A DNA stretch of 55,436 nt from a virus (taxonomy: Duplodnaviria > Heunggongvirae > Uroviricota > Caudoviricetes): positions 1 through 55,436 of IMG/VR virus record IMGVR_UViG_3300033153_012477; one strand, given 5' to 3'. Within the stretch, counting starts at the first letter, position 1, and each line of letters starts with the position of its first letter. The translations under genes and the position numbers were made by a program. Shown here in pieces: positions 36,135 through 46,272 of the stretch. The notes below the pieces were generated by a model that saw only the letters and a list, made by a program, of their open reading frames with translations, was not told where the DNA came from and searched no databases.

Positions 36135-36566
36135 CTAGAAGATACCCCTAAAAAACCATAAAATCCTATGAAACCACCTTATCCTCTCAGGAAAATCATC
36201 AAATTTAAGCTCTGGGTAAGCCCAGTATAGCGTATTTATGTCTTTAAACTTAGTTGCCCTGGTCTGGTCGTTTTTTAACTCATCTACAAAATCAATGTAT
36301 AGCTCTTCTTTTGATTTCCTTGCACAGAAAGCATTACAGTCTTTTGCATGGTCTGGCTTATAACAAAGGTCTACATCATAAGAATCCTCAAAGTTAAAAC
36401 CACAAACATTGAGTCTTGTTTTATTAGGGAGCCTTATTTCTTTGTTATATTTGCAATTTTCAGGCAATCTACTAAGATTTTTTGCATAAATCTTCTTCAA
36501 ATGCTGATATTTGCATTGTTTAAATTTATTTTTAATCTTTTTTGCGTCCATTAACAGTAATCTCAC
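36135..36566 (-). CDS. Cys-rich hypothetical protein
   Basis: Track ORF. Confidence 0.65.
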   Translation of the reverse strand: MRLLLMDAKKIKNKFKQCKYQHLKKIYAKNLSRLPENCKYNKEIRLPNKTRLNVCGFNFEDSYDVDLCYKPDHAKDCNAFCARKSKEELYIDFVDELKNDQTRATKFKDINTLYWAYPELKFDDFPERIRWFHRILWFFRGIF

Positions 36567-37185
36567 TCAGTTTCAATTTATTTTTAACACTGGAAGCTTT
36601 GTAAATTTTATCAGCATTATTGAGCATATCTTCCTTATGAGTAATTAAAGCTATAGTTAAACCTAATTGCTCACACACATTACTTAACAAAGCACTAGTG
36701 TTTTCAACATACTCCCCACTCACATGGGAGAAGGTTTCATCTAAAAATAAAAAGGGAGTTAATTTTGTCTGGAAAAGTGTAATAATCCTTAACAAAAAAC
36801 TCTCAATGTTAACAACTCCGCCACCGAAGCTATCTAAAACATCTCCCTCTGCAACACCAACTTGCTCTGTCTTAAAATTAGTGTATATAGTATTATACTT
36901 GGGTTCTATATTTATATGAAATCTTAAATCTTGGTCCGTGAAGACAGTTTTTAAACCATATGTAACTAGTTTCTGTATTTCCTGTTTTTTCTCTTCTAAT
37001 AAACTGTCAAGCAGATGTTTAAATAGACTGGATACCTTATCTAGCAACCCAATCTCACTTTCTAAAGATATGATTTCTGACTCTACAGAGGCTATTTGAC
37101 TCATGTTTTCTTTTCTCATGAAAGTTAACTCATTAACTTTCATGTCCAGATCAGATAATTGTGTTTCTAAATTTTCATAAGTCAT
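36532..37185 (-). CDS. Rad50/SbcC C-terminal half (ABC signature, Walker B)
   Basis: FGGGV signature, LFLDETF, LITH. Confidence 0.8.
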   Translation of the reverse strand: MTYENLETQLSDLDMKVNELTFMRKENMSQIASVESEIISLESEIGLLDKVSSLFKHLLDSLLEEKKQEIQKLVTYGLKTVFTDQDLRFHINIEPKYNTIYTNFKTEQVGVAEGDVLDSFGGGVVNIESFLLRIITLFQTKLTPFLFLDETFSHVSGEYVENTSALLSNVCEQLGLTIALITHKEDMLNNADKIYKASSVKNKLKLSEITVNGRKKD

Positions 37186-37408
37186 CTACAATTCCCTCTA
37201 GTTCTGAAGAATCCACTTCATCCATTATCATATTACAGAAGTCTTCCTTACTATATCCAAAAACTTCCTCTATGTAGGCATTAGGAACGTCATCTATGTT
37301 GAGGTACACCCCATCCACAGGAATCATTATGTTACCAACATTGGTAGCGTTACACTCCTGCATAAATACCCAGTAGATCTCTTTAGCTAACCTCATGAGA
37401 TCTAACAT
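37175..37408 (-). CDS. Acidic hypothetical protein
   Basis: Track ORF. Confidence 0.65.
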   Translation of the reverse strand: MLDLMRLAKEIYWVFMQECNATNVGNIMIPVDGVYLNIDDVPNAYIEEVFGYSKEDFCNMIMDEVDSSELEGIVDDL

Positions 37409-37670
37409 TCCTCTCTATGCCTTCCAGGGTCGTCTTTATCCCCGAAACCTCTTGCTCCTTAGCACTAATCTGAGCTTCCATGTCTTGTTCCATCTTTTCT
37501 AAATCTTGTTTTAAAGTTTTTGGCTCAAAACCGAGATCCTTTATCTCTTTAACAATATCTCGTAGTATCTCTTCTTCTTTTTTTGCAGAAGTTTTAAGCT
37601 CAATACTAAGAGATTTAACGGACTCTATTTCTTTTTTAAGATTTTCTAAACGAGTTACTAAATCTGACAT
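37383..37670 (-). CDS. Coiled-coil protein
   Basis: Heptad-rich 95 aa. Confidence 0.7.
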   Translation of the reverse strand: MSDLVTRLENLKKEIESVKSLSIELKTSAKKEEEILRDIVKEIKDLGFEPKTLKQDLEKMEQDMEAQISAKEQEVSGIKTTLEGIERNVRSHEVS

Positions 37671-37679
37671 AATTTTCTC

Positions 37680-38540
37680 CTATATAAACGAATCTAAATC
37701 ATTTTGTGAAATATCTTCTGCCTTTGCTGCAGCTCTCTCATTTTGATGCTTAATCTTGTCAATACACTCGTCTTGATAATTACAAAAAAGACAAGCTGAG
37801 TATTCTGGAGTAGCATCAAACTTTTTCTTATAAATTTTATATAAAACATCTTTCATGTCTTCTTGAAGGGCTTGTATATCGCTGTCGTCGAAATCAACAT
37901 ACTTAATTTCACCAGTTCTATAGAACCAGTACCCTATCTTGTCAGGATATTTTTTATACTGAAACTTGTACATCATGGCATAGAAGAATAACTGAGCAGG
38001 GTTCTTCATGTAGGTGCTCTTGTTGCTTGTAGCTTTCCCGTCAAGAATCTGCATACCTAAGTGGTTGTGTATCAGAAAATCGATCTTTGAGGTTAACACG
38101 ACGTGTTTGTTACTGCCGAAGTATTGCTTGATCTTGAACTCACTCTTAGCAAACTTACCTAAGAGTTTGTGCTCCTTGATAACATCGAGGTTAAGTCCAA
38201 TCATCTCAAGAAACTCATCATAAACATCATGCTTCGTCTTCTTAGATATTCTTGCGTTCCAATCAATAGTCATCCACCCAAGAGTCTTTTGAAAAATCTC
38301 TGGAGCTTGATTATACATAAACTCTCTACAAGCACCTCTTTTTCTAAACCACTCTCTATTATAGAAGTACTCAAATATTTTCTGAACTACTACTCCTGGA
38401 AGAGCATAATAAAAATTAGGAGGAGTTTTAGGCTTCCTTTGATCCACGTATTTCCACTTGAAGGATTGAGGACATTTTTTAAATAGGTCGTATCTACTGA
38501 AATCAAACTTGGTTATATTCTTATCATCTTTTATATACAT
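37680..38540 (-). CDS. PD-(D/E)XK nuclease (Cas4/AddB-like)
   Basis: CPQSF, KIDFL, ILDGKAT, QLFFYA, CLFCNYQDEC. Confidence 0.82.
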   Translation of the reverse strand: MYIKDDKNITKFDFSRYDLFKKCPQSFKWKYVDQRKPKTPPNFYYALPGVVVQKIFEYFYNREWFRKRGACREFMYNQAPEIFQKTLGWMTIDWNARISKKTKHDVYDEFLEMIGLNLDVIKEHKLLGKFAKSEFKIKQYFGSNKHVVLTSKIDFLIHNHLGMQILDGKATSNKSTYMKNPAQLFFYAMMYKFQYKKYPDKIGYWFYRTGEIKYVDFDDSDIQALQEDMKDVLYKIYKKKFDATPEYSACLFCNYQDECIDKIKHQNERAAAKAEDISQNDLDSFI

Positions 38541-38541
38541 C

Positions 38542-39483
38542 TTAATCGCCTTTCTCTAAGTAGTAGTGCATCGCTTTGTCTATAATTGATTTTTCAAAAT
38601 TAAGGGATCTAATCTTCTCCCCGATATCATCTGTTTTACTCACGCTAATCTTATCTTTCATTTCGGTTATAAACTTCTCAATCTCTTCCTGCTCTTTTTC
38701 TTCTTTGTCTTTCATCTCAAGATCAAAAATCTTATCTGCCATTAAAACATTTAAGGGTATTTTCTCACAAGTAATGGAATAGTCATCAGCTATTTCGATA
38801 TAACCGAGATTAGGAATTCTGTTCAGCTCATCCTTCTTTAAAGAACCTCTGCTCAAAGATCCAACATTTATGAAGTGTTTGTTGTTATGTATTTCTATTC
38901 CTTGATCAGGATGATAGTGACCAAACACAAAGACACTAGGAGAAGTGTGTTGAAGATCTTGGTAACGATATACTTTCTCTCCAAACAAATCGGAAAAATT
39001 TGAACTAGCATTCACATGAGCTACACAAATTTGTACTTTCTCACCCTTATTTTCTTTATTGAACTCTTCTTCTGTAGGAAAAGAACAATAGTCCATACCA
39101 AAAATTCGGACTGCCCCATTATCAAACATCTCATCGTGGAGATAAGTTAAAGCTCCTGACTTCACTAAGGTGTAGAAGGGTTGCTTTGGTAAAGTTGATA
39201 TATTATCCTGTCTCAAATCATGATTTCCGTAAATAGAATAGATTGGGCAAGGAAAACTCTTAAATATATCAATAGTTCTCGAAACTAGATAATGACTATT
39301 TTTAGTAGGAGTTTTTATATGAAATATATCCCCACCGCACAACGCCACATCTATTTTTCTCTCTATACAGATATCCCGAGCTTGCTCCAGCTTATTAAGA
39401 ATAGATTCCATGTAATCGTCTATTCTAGAAGATGGGTTTTTATCAGCTAAGTGAATGTCTGTAAAAGTTATTGCTTTAAACAT
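38542..39483 (-). CDS. Mre11/SbcD nuclease
   Basis: TDIH, GGDIFH, GNHD, GHYH. Confidence 0.88.
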   Translation of the reverse strand: MFKAITFTDIHLADKNPSSRIDDYMESILNKLEQARDICIERKIDVALCGGDIFHIKTPTKNSHYLVSRTIDIFKSFPCPIYSIYGNHDLRQDNISTLPKQPFYTLVKSGALTYLHDEMFDNGAVRIFGMDYCSFPTEEEFNKENKGEKVQICVAHVNASSNFSDLFGEKVYRYQDLQHTSPSVFVFGHYHPDQGIEIHNNKHFINVGSLSRGSLKKDELNRIPNLGYIEIADDYSITCEKIPLNVLMADKIFDLEMKDKEEKEQEEIEKFITEMKDKISVSKTDDIGEKIRSLNFEKSIIDKAMHYYLEKGD

Positions 39484-40752
39484 TTAAAATTCCTTATCGC
39501 ACAGAGGACAAACTCCCAAAGACTTATGAAGAGTGTCTCTCTCCTCTTGCCATTTCGTCAATCTTGATTCTGCATCTTTTGCCTGCTCTCTAAAACTAAT
39601 AACTTTATTTTTAGTTTCCAATAATCTCTTATACAGATCCCGTAATTTTCCAACTTTAGAAACATCAAAATCTTCTAAAGAAGTGACCTTATCAGGGAGA
39701 TTTCGATATAGTCTTATTTTATTTTTAGCTATCTCCAGTTTATTAGAGTATCCTAATATCTTAAGGTATTTTTCATATTCTTCTTTAAGATTAAACTCAA
39801 TATCTGAAACACTTGAAAGGTTAGAGTAGTGTGTTTGTTTCTCTTCGTAAGAAGTATATTTTGTAAGTAAAGATTTAAGAGCTATCAAAGTTGCCGCAGA
39901 GATACCTAACTCAAGCTCACCTACCTTTGCGATAGGAGCATAGGCATTCACCATGTTTTTGGAATGAGATACCTTTCTCAACAAAGTTTTTAAAGTAGTG
40001 ACCTTATTAAGATCAAGATCAAAAGAAGTAACATTTACTTCTCTAGCAGGACGTAGAATCTTTACCAAAGACACAGCTTTGTTAAGAGAGGATTCAACCA
40101 CCCTCAACTTACTCAAAGTGTCTCTAGACTCTTTTATTTCTTTTAAATTAGTTTTAAGAATATCAACGAGATGTCTCTGCTCATCTAGACCTACATAACT
40201 TTTAAGTTTTTCTTTAGCTGAAACACGGTCTTCTCTTCTTATGTTTAATCTACTTTTATTATTCTTTAAATCAGACAGACACGCTTTATTAGATTTGATA
40301 ATCCTGTTTAAATTACCAAGATTTGAAAGTACCTCAGTAACCTTTCCCCCAGTTTGATTTAATAAAAAGATGTTATTAAACTGAGAGGCAACTTGAACTT
40401 GGTATTTATCTTTATTAACGACTAATTCTTTAAAGCCTCTATCTGTCAAAACCTCAGGAACAGATCCAGCTAACTTAGTAAAATCATCTCCGTTGATCAC
40501 GTACCCTGCCGTTTTTTTATCTCGATACCATTTAACAGAAGTCCCGTCTGCAAAGGTAACCTCAACGCTACAGGTTTTAGTACCGTTTCGGATATAGGAT
40601 GCTTCTGATTTGTTATAGATCAAACACTCTAAAGCTCTCCTTAAAGCACTCTTTCCGATATTACTAGGTCCAACAATACAGGTAAACGCATTCTCTGGAA
40701 TCTCAAAAGAAACATCTTCTATTGATTGGAAATTTTTTATATGAACCTTCAC
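39484..40752 (-). CDS. Rad50/SbcC N-terminal half ending at the zinc hook
   Basis: IKNFQSI, Walker A GPSNIGKS, Q-loop SQF, coiled coil, terminal CPLC. Confidence 0.82.
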   Translation of the reverse strand: MKVHIKNFQSIEDVSFEIPENAFTCIVGPSNIGKSALRRALECLIYNKSEASYIRNGTKTCSVEVTFADGTSVKWYRDKKTAGYVINGDDFTKLAGSVPEVLTDRGFKELVVNKDKYQVQVASQFNNIFLLNQTGGKVTEVLSNLGNLNRIIKSNKACLSDLKNNKSRLNIRREDRVSAKEKLKSYVGLDEQRHLVDILKTNLKEIKESRDTLSKLRVVESSLNKAVSLVKILRPAREVNVTSFDLDLNKVTTLKTLLRKVSHSKNMVNAYAPIAKVGELELGISAATLIALKSLLTKYTSYEEKQTHYSNLSSVSDIEFNLKEEYEKYLKILGYSNKLEIAKNKIRLYRNLPDKVTSLEDFDVSKVGKLRDLYKRLLETKNKVISFREQAKDAESRLTKWQEERDTLHKSLGVCPLCDKEF

Positions 40753-40796
40753 TCATACCCCTAGTAAAACGGGGAGGGAATACCTCCCCATATTTT

Positions 40797-41996
40797 TTAA
40801 ACTTGACCTTCTAATTCGGTAACGGGTGGTTTTTCAACCTTTGGCTTTGCAGCCTTTGCAGTTTTGCTTAATTTCCGAGCAGATTTTTCTTCCTGCTTTT
40901 CCATTTCTTGTACTTCAGCTTTGATGTCAGCATCTTGTTTAAAGATTAGCTTATTAGCAATTTCCTTAAGCAGTCCTGGGTTATCGAGCACGATCTCTCG
41001 CATCTTGTCCTCACCTTGAACTTTAAATCCGCCCTCATCTTGCTTGTAAGATAGCCAAGACCCCGCCTTATTAATGATATTGTGGCTTACCGCCATATCG
41101 ATAATAGAGCGTTTGTTGTCGATCCCACCACCATACTTAATGAAGAACTCTGCCTTTCTATAAGGAGTACCTATCTTGTTTTTCACAATGGTAGCTCGCA
41201 CCTTATTACAAGAAGGAATGTCTTCCTCTACATTAGTTATAGGGTTAATACCTTTAGCAGTCTCTTTAGTTACTAATTTAAGCATGATCCTTTGAGTAGC
41301 ATAAAAGCGAATAGCTAACCCACCTGGAGTTTCAAATTCCCCACCAGCAGAAAAAGGATTAGTCTTGATGTTTTTACTCATCTGATTAAGAAGAACTAAA
41401 ATAGTTCCCGTGTCCTTAATCTTCTTAGTGACTTTACCTAACCACTGTCCAATTCTTCTAGCTTGAAGTGCCATAGGAGGTTCATCTCCCATAAGTCCTT
41501 CCATAACTACCTTTGGGAGCATCGCTTTAACAGAATCCATAACAGCAATATCTATCTTAGATTCTGAATGATTCTCAAGTAGAGTGTTTAAAATGTTACA
41601 ACCCTCTTCCATGTTCTCTGGTCTTAACCATGCAAATCTTTCAGGAGAGGTATCCACGCCAGTAGCTTCTGCAGCGTAATCAATATCTAGAGCGGCTTCA
41701 TAGTCAACAAAGCAAACATTACCGCCTCTCTTTTGAACTTCTCTACAAATTCCTAGAGCTAGTGTAGTTTTTCCAGAAGATTCTAATCCAAAGATTTCGA
41801 TCATCCTCCCTTTACCTACTCCACCTATTATTTCTTTCTTACCTAAGAGCTTATCTACAATGATAGAACCAGTGCTAACATACTCAATAACCTCATCACC
41901 TGTAACTAGAGTATCTTGACCGATACCTAATTTTTTGTCACCTCTAATGGTGTCTAAAACTCCTAAGAGTCCTCCACCAGTTTTTTTCTTAGCCAT
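40797..41996 (-). CDS. recA: RecA recombinase
   Basis: STGS, GLESSGKTT, DSV, NQ, PGGLAIRFYA, VKNK. Confidence 0.93.
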   Translation of the reverse strand: MAKKKTGGGLLGVLDTIRGDKKLGIGQDTLVTGDEVIEYVSTGSIIVDKLLGKKEIIGGVGKGRMIEIFGLESSGKTTLALGICREVQKRGGNVCFVDYEAALDIDYAAEATGVDTSPERFAWLRPENMEEGCNILNTLLENHSESKIDIAVMDSVKAMLPKVVMEGLMGDEPPMALQARRIGQWLGKVTKKIKDTGTILVLLNQMSKNIKTNPFSAGGEFETPGGLAIRFYATQRIMLKLVTKETAKGINPITNVEEDIPSCNKVRATIVKNKIGTPYRKAEFFIKYGGGIDNKRSIIDMAVSHNIINKAGSWLSYKQDEGGFKVQGEDKMREIVLDNPGLLKEIANKLIFKQDADIKAEVQEMEKQEEKSARKLSKTAKAAKPKVEKPPVTELEGQV

Positions 41997-42014
41997 AATA
42001 TGACCTCCACTTTT

Positions 42015-42593
42015 TTAAAATATAAAAAAAGATTCATTCTTTTTATAAAAAATTCCAGGTTTCTTTGATTTATTTTTAATAAAAATAAATTTCTCGGCTT
42101 CTGTTAAATCACTTTCTTGGATCTCTCCATAGTATAGTTGCCAAAATTTTTGTGCAAGGATACCCACCCAATAAGCATCAGCTTCATCATTGTTGATTTT
42201 CTCACGGGTATAGCCTAAAACTTTTTTTGTTTTAAAAACAATTTCGTTCTTTTCGGCTCTAGCGTTTCCTGTAGCGTATTGTTTAATTTGAGCTGGAGTA
42301 ATGTATACTATTTTGATATGACGAGTGTAGCATGCCTCTAACATGAATTGGTGTAAGGCGTATAGCTTTTCAGTATTGAATGATTTTAGAAAAGGTTGTT
42401 CGATACCTATATGATCAATTTTGTAATCATTGATTAAATTTACAAAACGATCTCTTTGGATCATCAGTCTTCTAATATCAATCCCATCTTTAGGTGCTGT
42501 TTTAAACCTACCAAAAGTATGTTTTTTCTTACCGTCGTGTAAAAACCATCCGAAGCTTGTCATAGACAAGTCGCATCCAAGTGTGTTTCGCAT
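42015..42593 (-). CDS. RuvC-like Holliday junction resolvase
   Basis: LGCDLS, IEQP, IK...TG..RAEK, DEADA. Confidence 0.8.
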   Translation of the reverse strand: MRNTLGCDLSMTSFGWFLHDGKKKHTFGRFKTAPKDGIDIRRLMIQRDRFVNLINDYKIDHIGIEQPFLKSFNTEKLYALHQFMLEACYTRHIKIVYITPAQIKQYATGNARAEKNEIVFKTKKVLGYTREKINNDEADAYWVGILAQKFWQLYYGEIQESDLTEAEKFIFIKNKSKKPGIFYKKNESFFIF

Positions 42594-42660
42594 AATCCCT
42601 CAAAGTCCACGTTATAATGAGGAGGAGTATCCTTACTCCTCCTCTCTATTTAAAAAAAAA

Positions 42661-43305
42661 TTAAACTGTTTCAAGAATATCAGTTAATTCTTCATCGCTA
42701 GATATAACGTCAGAAGCTTGAGTGACTTCCATTCCTAGAATTTCTTTAAGCTCATCACCCGTCACTTCTTGCCCTAGTGATCTAGCAAGATTGGGACGTG
42801 CCGCTTCACTTTCTCCGTGAACAGCCTCTTTTATCTCTTGCTTTAATTGCCACAAAGACTCTTTACAAGGAACGAACTCTAAGTTTTGAAATTGATTACC
42901 TGTGCAAGTAACCATTAAATCGTGTTGTTTAAGATCCCACTCAGCGTGAAGACTCTTAAGTTGATTGAATTTCTTCTCAGTGAATACCCACTCAAGAACT
43001 TCAAATTCAAAAGGAACTGGTTGACCCTCATTTTTAATAAGAGATCCGTCTTTCTTGGTTTTGTATTTTACTACAAGACAACCAAGTCTAGTCTTAGAAG
43101 GTCCGAGCTTATCGGAAAAAGCTTCATGACCGTCTGATACAATATACTTGTCTACATACCAAGTATTTCTCATAACAAAAGGACCTTTCCCTCCTTCTTT
43201 AGGCCAAAGAAGACCAATACGGTGCTTCTCGCCTTCGATTCCCTTGTACTTCTCTTTGTACTTAGGTTTAATGTCTACATCACCAAAATCTAAAAAATCT
43301 GACAT
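42661..43305 (-). CDS. Probable ssDNA-binding protein (gp32-like)
   Basis: Position in the recombination block, aromatic-rich core, acidic C-terminus; GGAGG RBS. Confidence 0.5.
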   Translation of the reverse strand: MSDFLDFGDVDIKPKYKEKYKGIEGEKHRIGLLWPKEGGKGPFVMRNTWYVDKYIVSDGHEAFSDKLGPSKTRLGCLVVKYKTKKDGSLIKNEGQPVPFEFEVLEWVFTEKKFNQLKSLHAEWDLKQHDLMVTCTGNQFQNLEFVPCKESLWQLKQEIKEAVHGESEAARPNLARSLGQEVTGDELKEILGMEVTQASDVISSDEELTDILETV

Positions 43306-43637
43306 AACTTCCTCCCGTGGAGTTATAGGTTTATAGCTTCGAGTCATCACAAAAGCATAAGCTGTTTCGGCAGTGCATAAGTGTTTTCTCTTGCTTATTA
43401 CAAGTATAACAAGTCTGTACAGGCTATGTTAAAATCTATACAGCCCATATAGGTTACAAATAAATTTCTGTCTATGTCAATAATAAAAGATACATATTTT
43501 AAAAAATCCATTTTTAGCTCTACGTCTGTTGCATATTAAGCGGGACTATGAGCACCTATATTCTTATACAAGTAGATTATTTCTTATTAAAAAAATAATT
43601 TACTTATCTTTCTAATAAAGTGTGGAGGATAAAATTT

Positions 43638-43775
43638 ATGTATTTTTTAATGGCATTTATAATACATCTGTTTGGAGGGCACATGGAATACCCCTATAGT
43701 AACTCCGAAACAGAAGCACCAGAAGGATACTACAAATGTTGTATCTGTAAGAAGAACATTAAAAAAGAAAAGTGA
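43638..43775 (+). CDS. Small hypothetical protein (45 aa)
   Basis: GGAGG RBS; KCCIC motif. Confidence 0.35.
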   Translation: MYFLMAFIIHLFGGHMEYPYSNSETEAPEGYYKCCICKKNIKKEK

Positions 43776-43959
43776 GTTTTCAAAGATATGGATGACGTTC
43801 CGCTTAGTTTAAAAGGAAATAAAAGTAATGACCACTTGGGATGCAGTCAAAATAGCACTCTTGACGCAGTTACTAGATATTGTAAAGCTAGTCTTAGTGT
43901 TCTATGGCTTAAAGTGGTTCGAGAATTGGTGGAAAACCAAGAAAAAATAAAAACCTTAG

Positions 43960-44784
43960 TTATTCTATCGTGATAGTAAACCCCAGCTTACCTGACAGTC
44001 CCCCCGCCTCATCTACCTTTGGTCGCACAACACCTCTCACTGAGGGATCAGCATCAAATCCAGCATCTTGAATTAAACTACCTATATAGTTGGGTATTCT
44101 ATTTTTTAATAATTCAGTAACTTTAAAACTAGCCCTCTCTGGATCTGTCTCAGTCATCATTTTAAATGCAGATTTATATTCTTCAGGTTTAGCATCAGTA
44201 GCGAATAACTTTAGATAGATAACACCCACATTAGGATCTTTCATTGGTGTCATCTTCCAGTTCAAGTGTTTATAATCTCCAAAAAACTTACTAAGGATAC
44301 TTTCTTTAATCTTGTCGTATTTTGCTTTACCTTTGAATAAAGCTTTATACATCTCTTCTTGATCTTTATCTAAGCTTTCTTCCCCACTATCAATTTTTTC
44401 TAAGATAGCTTTAATCTTAGATATAGATCTTAGTTTTTTCTTGTACCCGTGAGATATCCCATCCTCAAAATCTAAATAGTAATTATGAGAGTTATCCCCA
44501 TACACTACTTTAAAAGTAAAAGGTCGGTCTTTTATTTCACCTTTAATAAGTATATCAATAGGAAGCTTTCTTCTTGCTCCAGTGCTGAAAAAATAGTCAT
44601 CTTCTGTTGTTTCATTTGGTTTTTTACCATTTATAAGGACAAACTGGTCATCCCATTTCACTGGCAGATCTAAAAGAATTTTTTTAGTATTTCTAGGAAA
44701 GTGTTCTTCGATCACCCCTGAGTGTAGAAGAAAAAAAGCAATTCTCCCTAACTCTTCATTTACATATTTAGCTAGTCTATCCAT
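43960..44784 (-). CDS. Hypothetical protein
   Basis: 274-aa ORF. Confidence 0.72.
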   Translation of the reverse strand: MDRLAKYVNEELGRIAFFLLHSGVIEEHFPRNTKKILLDLPVKWDDQFVLINGKKPNETTEDDYFFSTGARRKLPIDILIKGEIKDRPFTFKVVYGDNSHNYYLDFEDGISHGYKKKLRSISKIKAILEKIDSGEESLDKDQEEMYKALFKGKAKYDKIKESILSKFFGDYKHLNWKMTPMKDPNVGVIYLKLFATDAKPEEYKSAFKMMTETDPERASFKVTELLKNRIPNYIGSLIQDAGFDADPSVRGVVRPKVDEAGGLSGKLGFTITIE

Positions 44785-44858
44785 TATATCTATCTCCAGA
44801 AAATAAGTATTCCCTAGAAATATACAAAAATACTGAATTATTCTGCAACAAACTGATA

Positions 44859-45197
44859 TTAGCCCTCTCTTATAAATCTCACAGAATTGTTTAATTCATA
44901 TGGAAATATTTGCTGAAAAGTGGTCAAATTACGTTTATTTATTTTAACAAGTAAGAAATCACAACCCTCTCTAAAAAGACCCTCCAATGTTTCCAACTCA
45001 TCTGTTAAAAATACCTCTTTAACGTCTGATAAGCTTTTGCATGCTTTAAAAGGGTCAATCCCTGGTTTGCCCGTAACAATATTATGTTTATATATTCCTC
45101 TAGTAGATGTTTGCTCATGTATCTGATCTCGAAACATAAGATATGTCATTTTCCTAATAATCTTATCTTTAGTTGTGGACAAAGCGACCTCCCCCAT
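44859..45197 (-). CDS. Hypothetical protein
   Basis: Track ORF with upstream TTGCCA-17-TAGACT promoter. Confidence 0.7.
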   Translation of the reverse strand: MGEVALSTTKDKIIRKMTYLMFRDQIHEQTSTRGIYKHNIVTGKPGIDPFKACKSLSDVKEVFLTDELETLEGLFREGCDFLLVKINKRNLTTFQQIFPYELNNSVRFIREG

Positions 45198-45248
45198 TTA
45201 TATGATGAGACACCAGTCTATATAGGCTATACCTTTTTGGCAATAGAC

Positions 45249-45473
45249 CTACCTAAATATTTTCTGAAGAGCACCTCGCACAGATTTCCACCCCTCATCT
45301 TCACTCTTAACTACCTTTTTACGTACCAAATACTTAACACAGTCTGCAGCAGTCATATTGCCCAGAGAAGCGAGTTTAGTATTATAGAGGTAATCCTTGG
45401 CGTAACTGGTCGAGTGACCTTTTTTGATGATAAAGTTGAAGCAACCTTCTTCAGCGGAGACAGAATTAGACAT
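45249..45473 (-). CDS. Hypothetical protein
   Basis: AGGAG RBS. Confidence 0.65.
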   Translation of the reverse strand: MSNSVSAEEGCFNFIIKKGHSTSYAKDYLYNTKLASLGNMTAADCVKYLVRKKVVKSEDEGWKSVRGALQKIFR

Positions 45474-45519
45474 AAATTCTCCTAATTTAATTCTAGTCTA
45501 TTATTAAATTAGGAGAATA

Positions 45520-46272
45520 TTAATTAATATTTTTTTCTATTAAACTGACCAGTTTTTCTAAATGCTCATCCTTATATAAAAGAAATCTTCCAAAATTAGC
45601 ACAATCGTCTAAACTAACCCCCATGGGGATCTCAAGAACCTCGGTATAGTCGTGTCTTTTATACTTCTTGTCTTTAAAAAAATTTCCTCTAGCAGTTTCG
45701 ATATATAATGAAGCATAATACGCTTTAGTCTTATAACGTAGCTTAATATCTAATCCTTTCTCATAATCCTGCTTTAAAGAGTACCCCTGCTTTGTAAATA
45801 GACCACTTTCTAAACAAATAGTGTAAAAATGAAGATCTCTCAAAAGGGAAGGATATGCTCTCAACACTCTTGGGAGAAGAGCATAACCGTCAAAGGTATG
45901 ACTATATCTCCTTGGGTCTTGATACTCTTTTTTCAGAATAAAGATAGATTTTGATTCTTTAACGAAAAAAGTATTTAAATATTTTTTTGATAATTGAGAT
46001 TCAGAAGGGACCTCCCCTTGTTCAAAAATAAAATCATAAAAGGAAGCTATCATTGGGGGAAGCTCATAGTGCTCCACAAAAGTACTCACTTTTTTATTAT
46101 TACCCGAATACTTAAACCCACTAAGAGTATCTTCAATACTTTTTCTTGTTAGATTAAAATCTTTCTTTTCAGTATTTCCATCCGAAAAAACTTTCAAGAT
46201 AGACTTCTGAACGATAACTATATCATTAATTCTGGGACCAAAGAGGTTGTCTTTAAGCATATTATCCCCCAT
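45520..46272 (-). CDS. Putative restriction endonuclease-like protein (TaqI-family resemblance)
   Basis: RAYPSLLRDLHF...D...GLDI..., recalled similarity only. Confidence 0.4.
   Translation of the reverse strand: MGDNMLKDNLFGPRINDIVIVQKSILKVFSDGNTEKKDFNLTRKSIEDTLSGFKYSGNNKKVSTFVEHYELPPMIASFYDFIFEQGEVPSESQLSKKYLNTFFVKESKSIFILKKEYQDPRRYSHTFDGYALLPRVLRAYPSLLRDLHFYTICLESGLFTKQGYSLKQDYEKGLDIKLRYKTKAYYASLYIETARGNFFKDKKYKRHDYTEVLEIPMGVSLDDCANFGRFLLYKDEHLEKLVSLIEKNIN

Noticed and set aside
37680-38540. Cas4-like nuclease as a sign of CRISPR-Cas
   Set aside because: No repeat-spacer array or other cas genes; it sits in a recombination operon.
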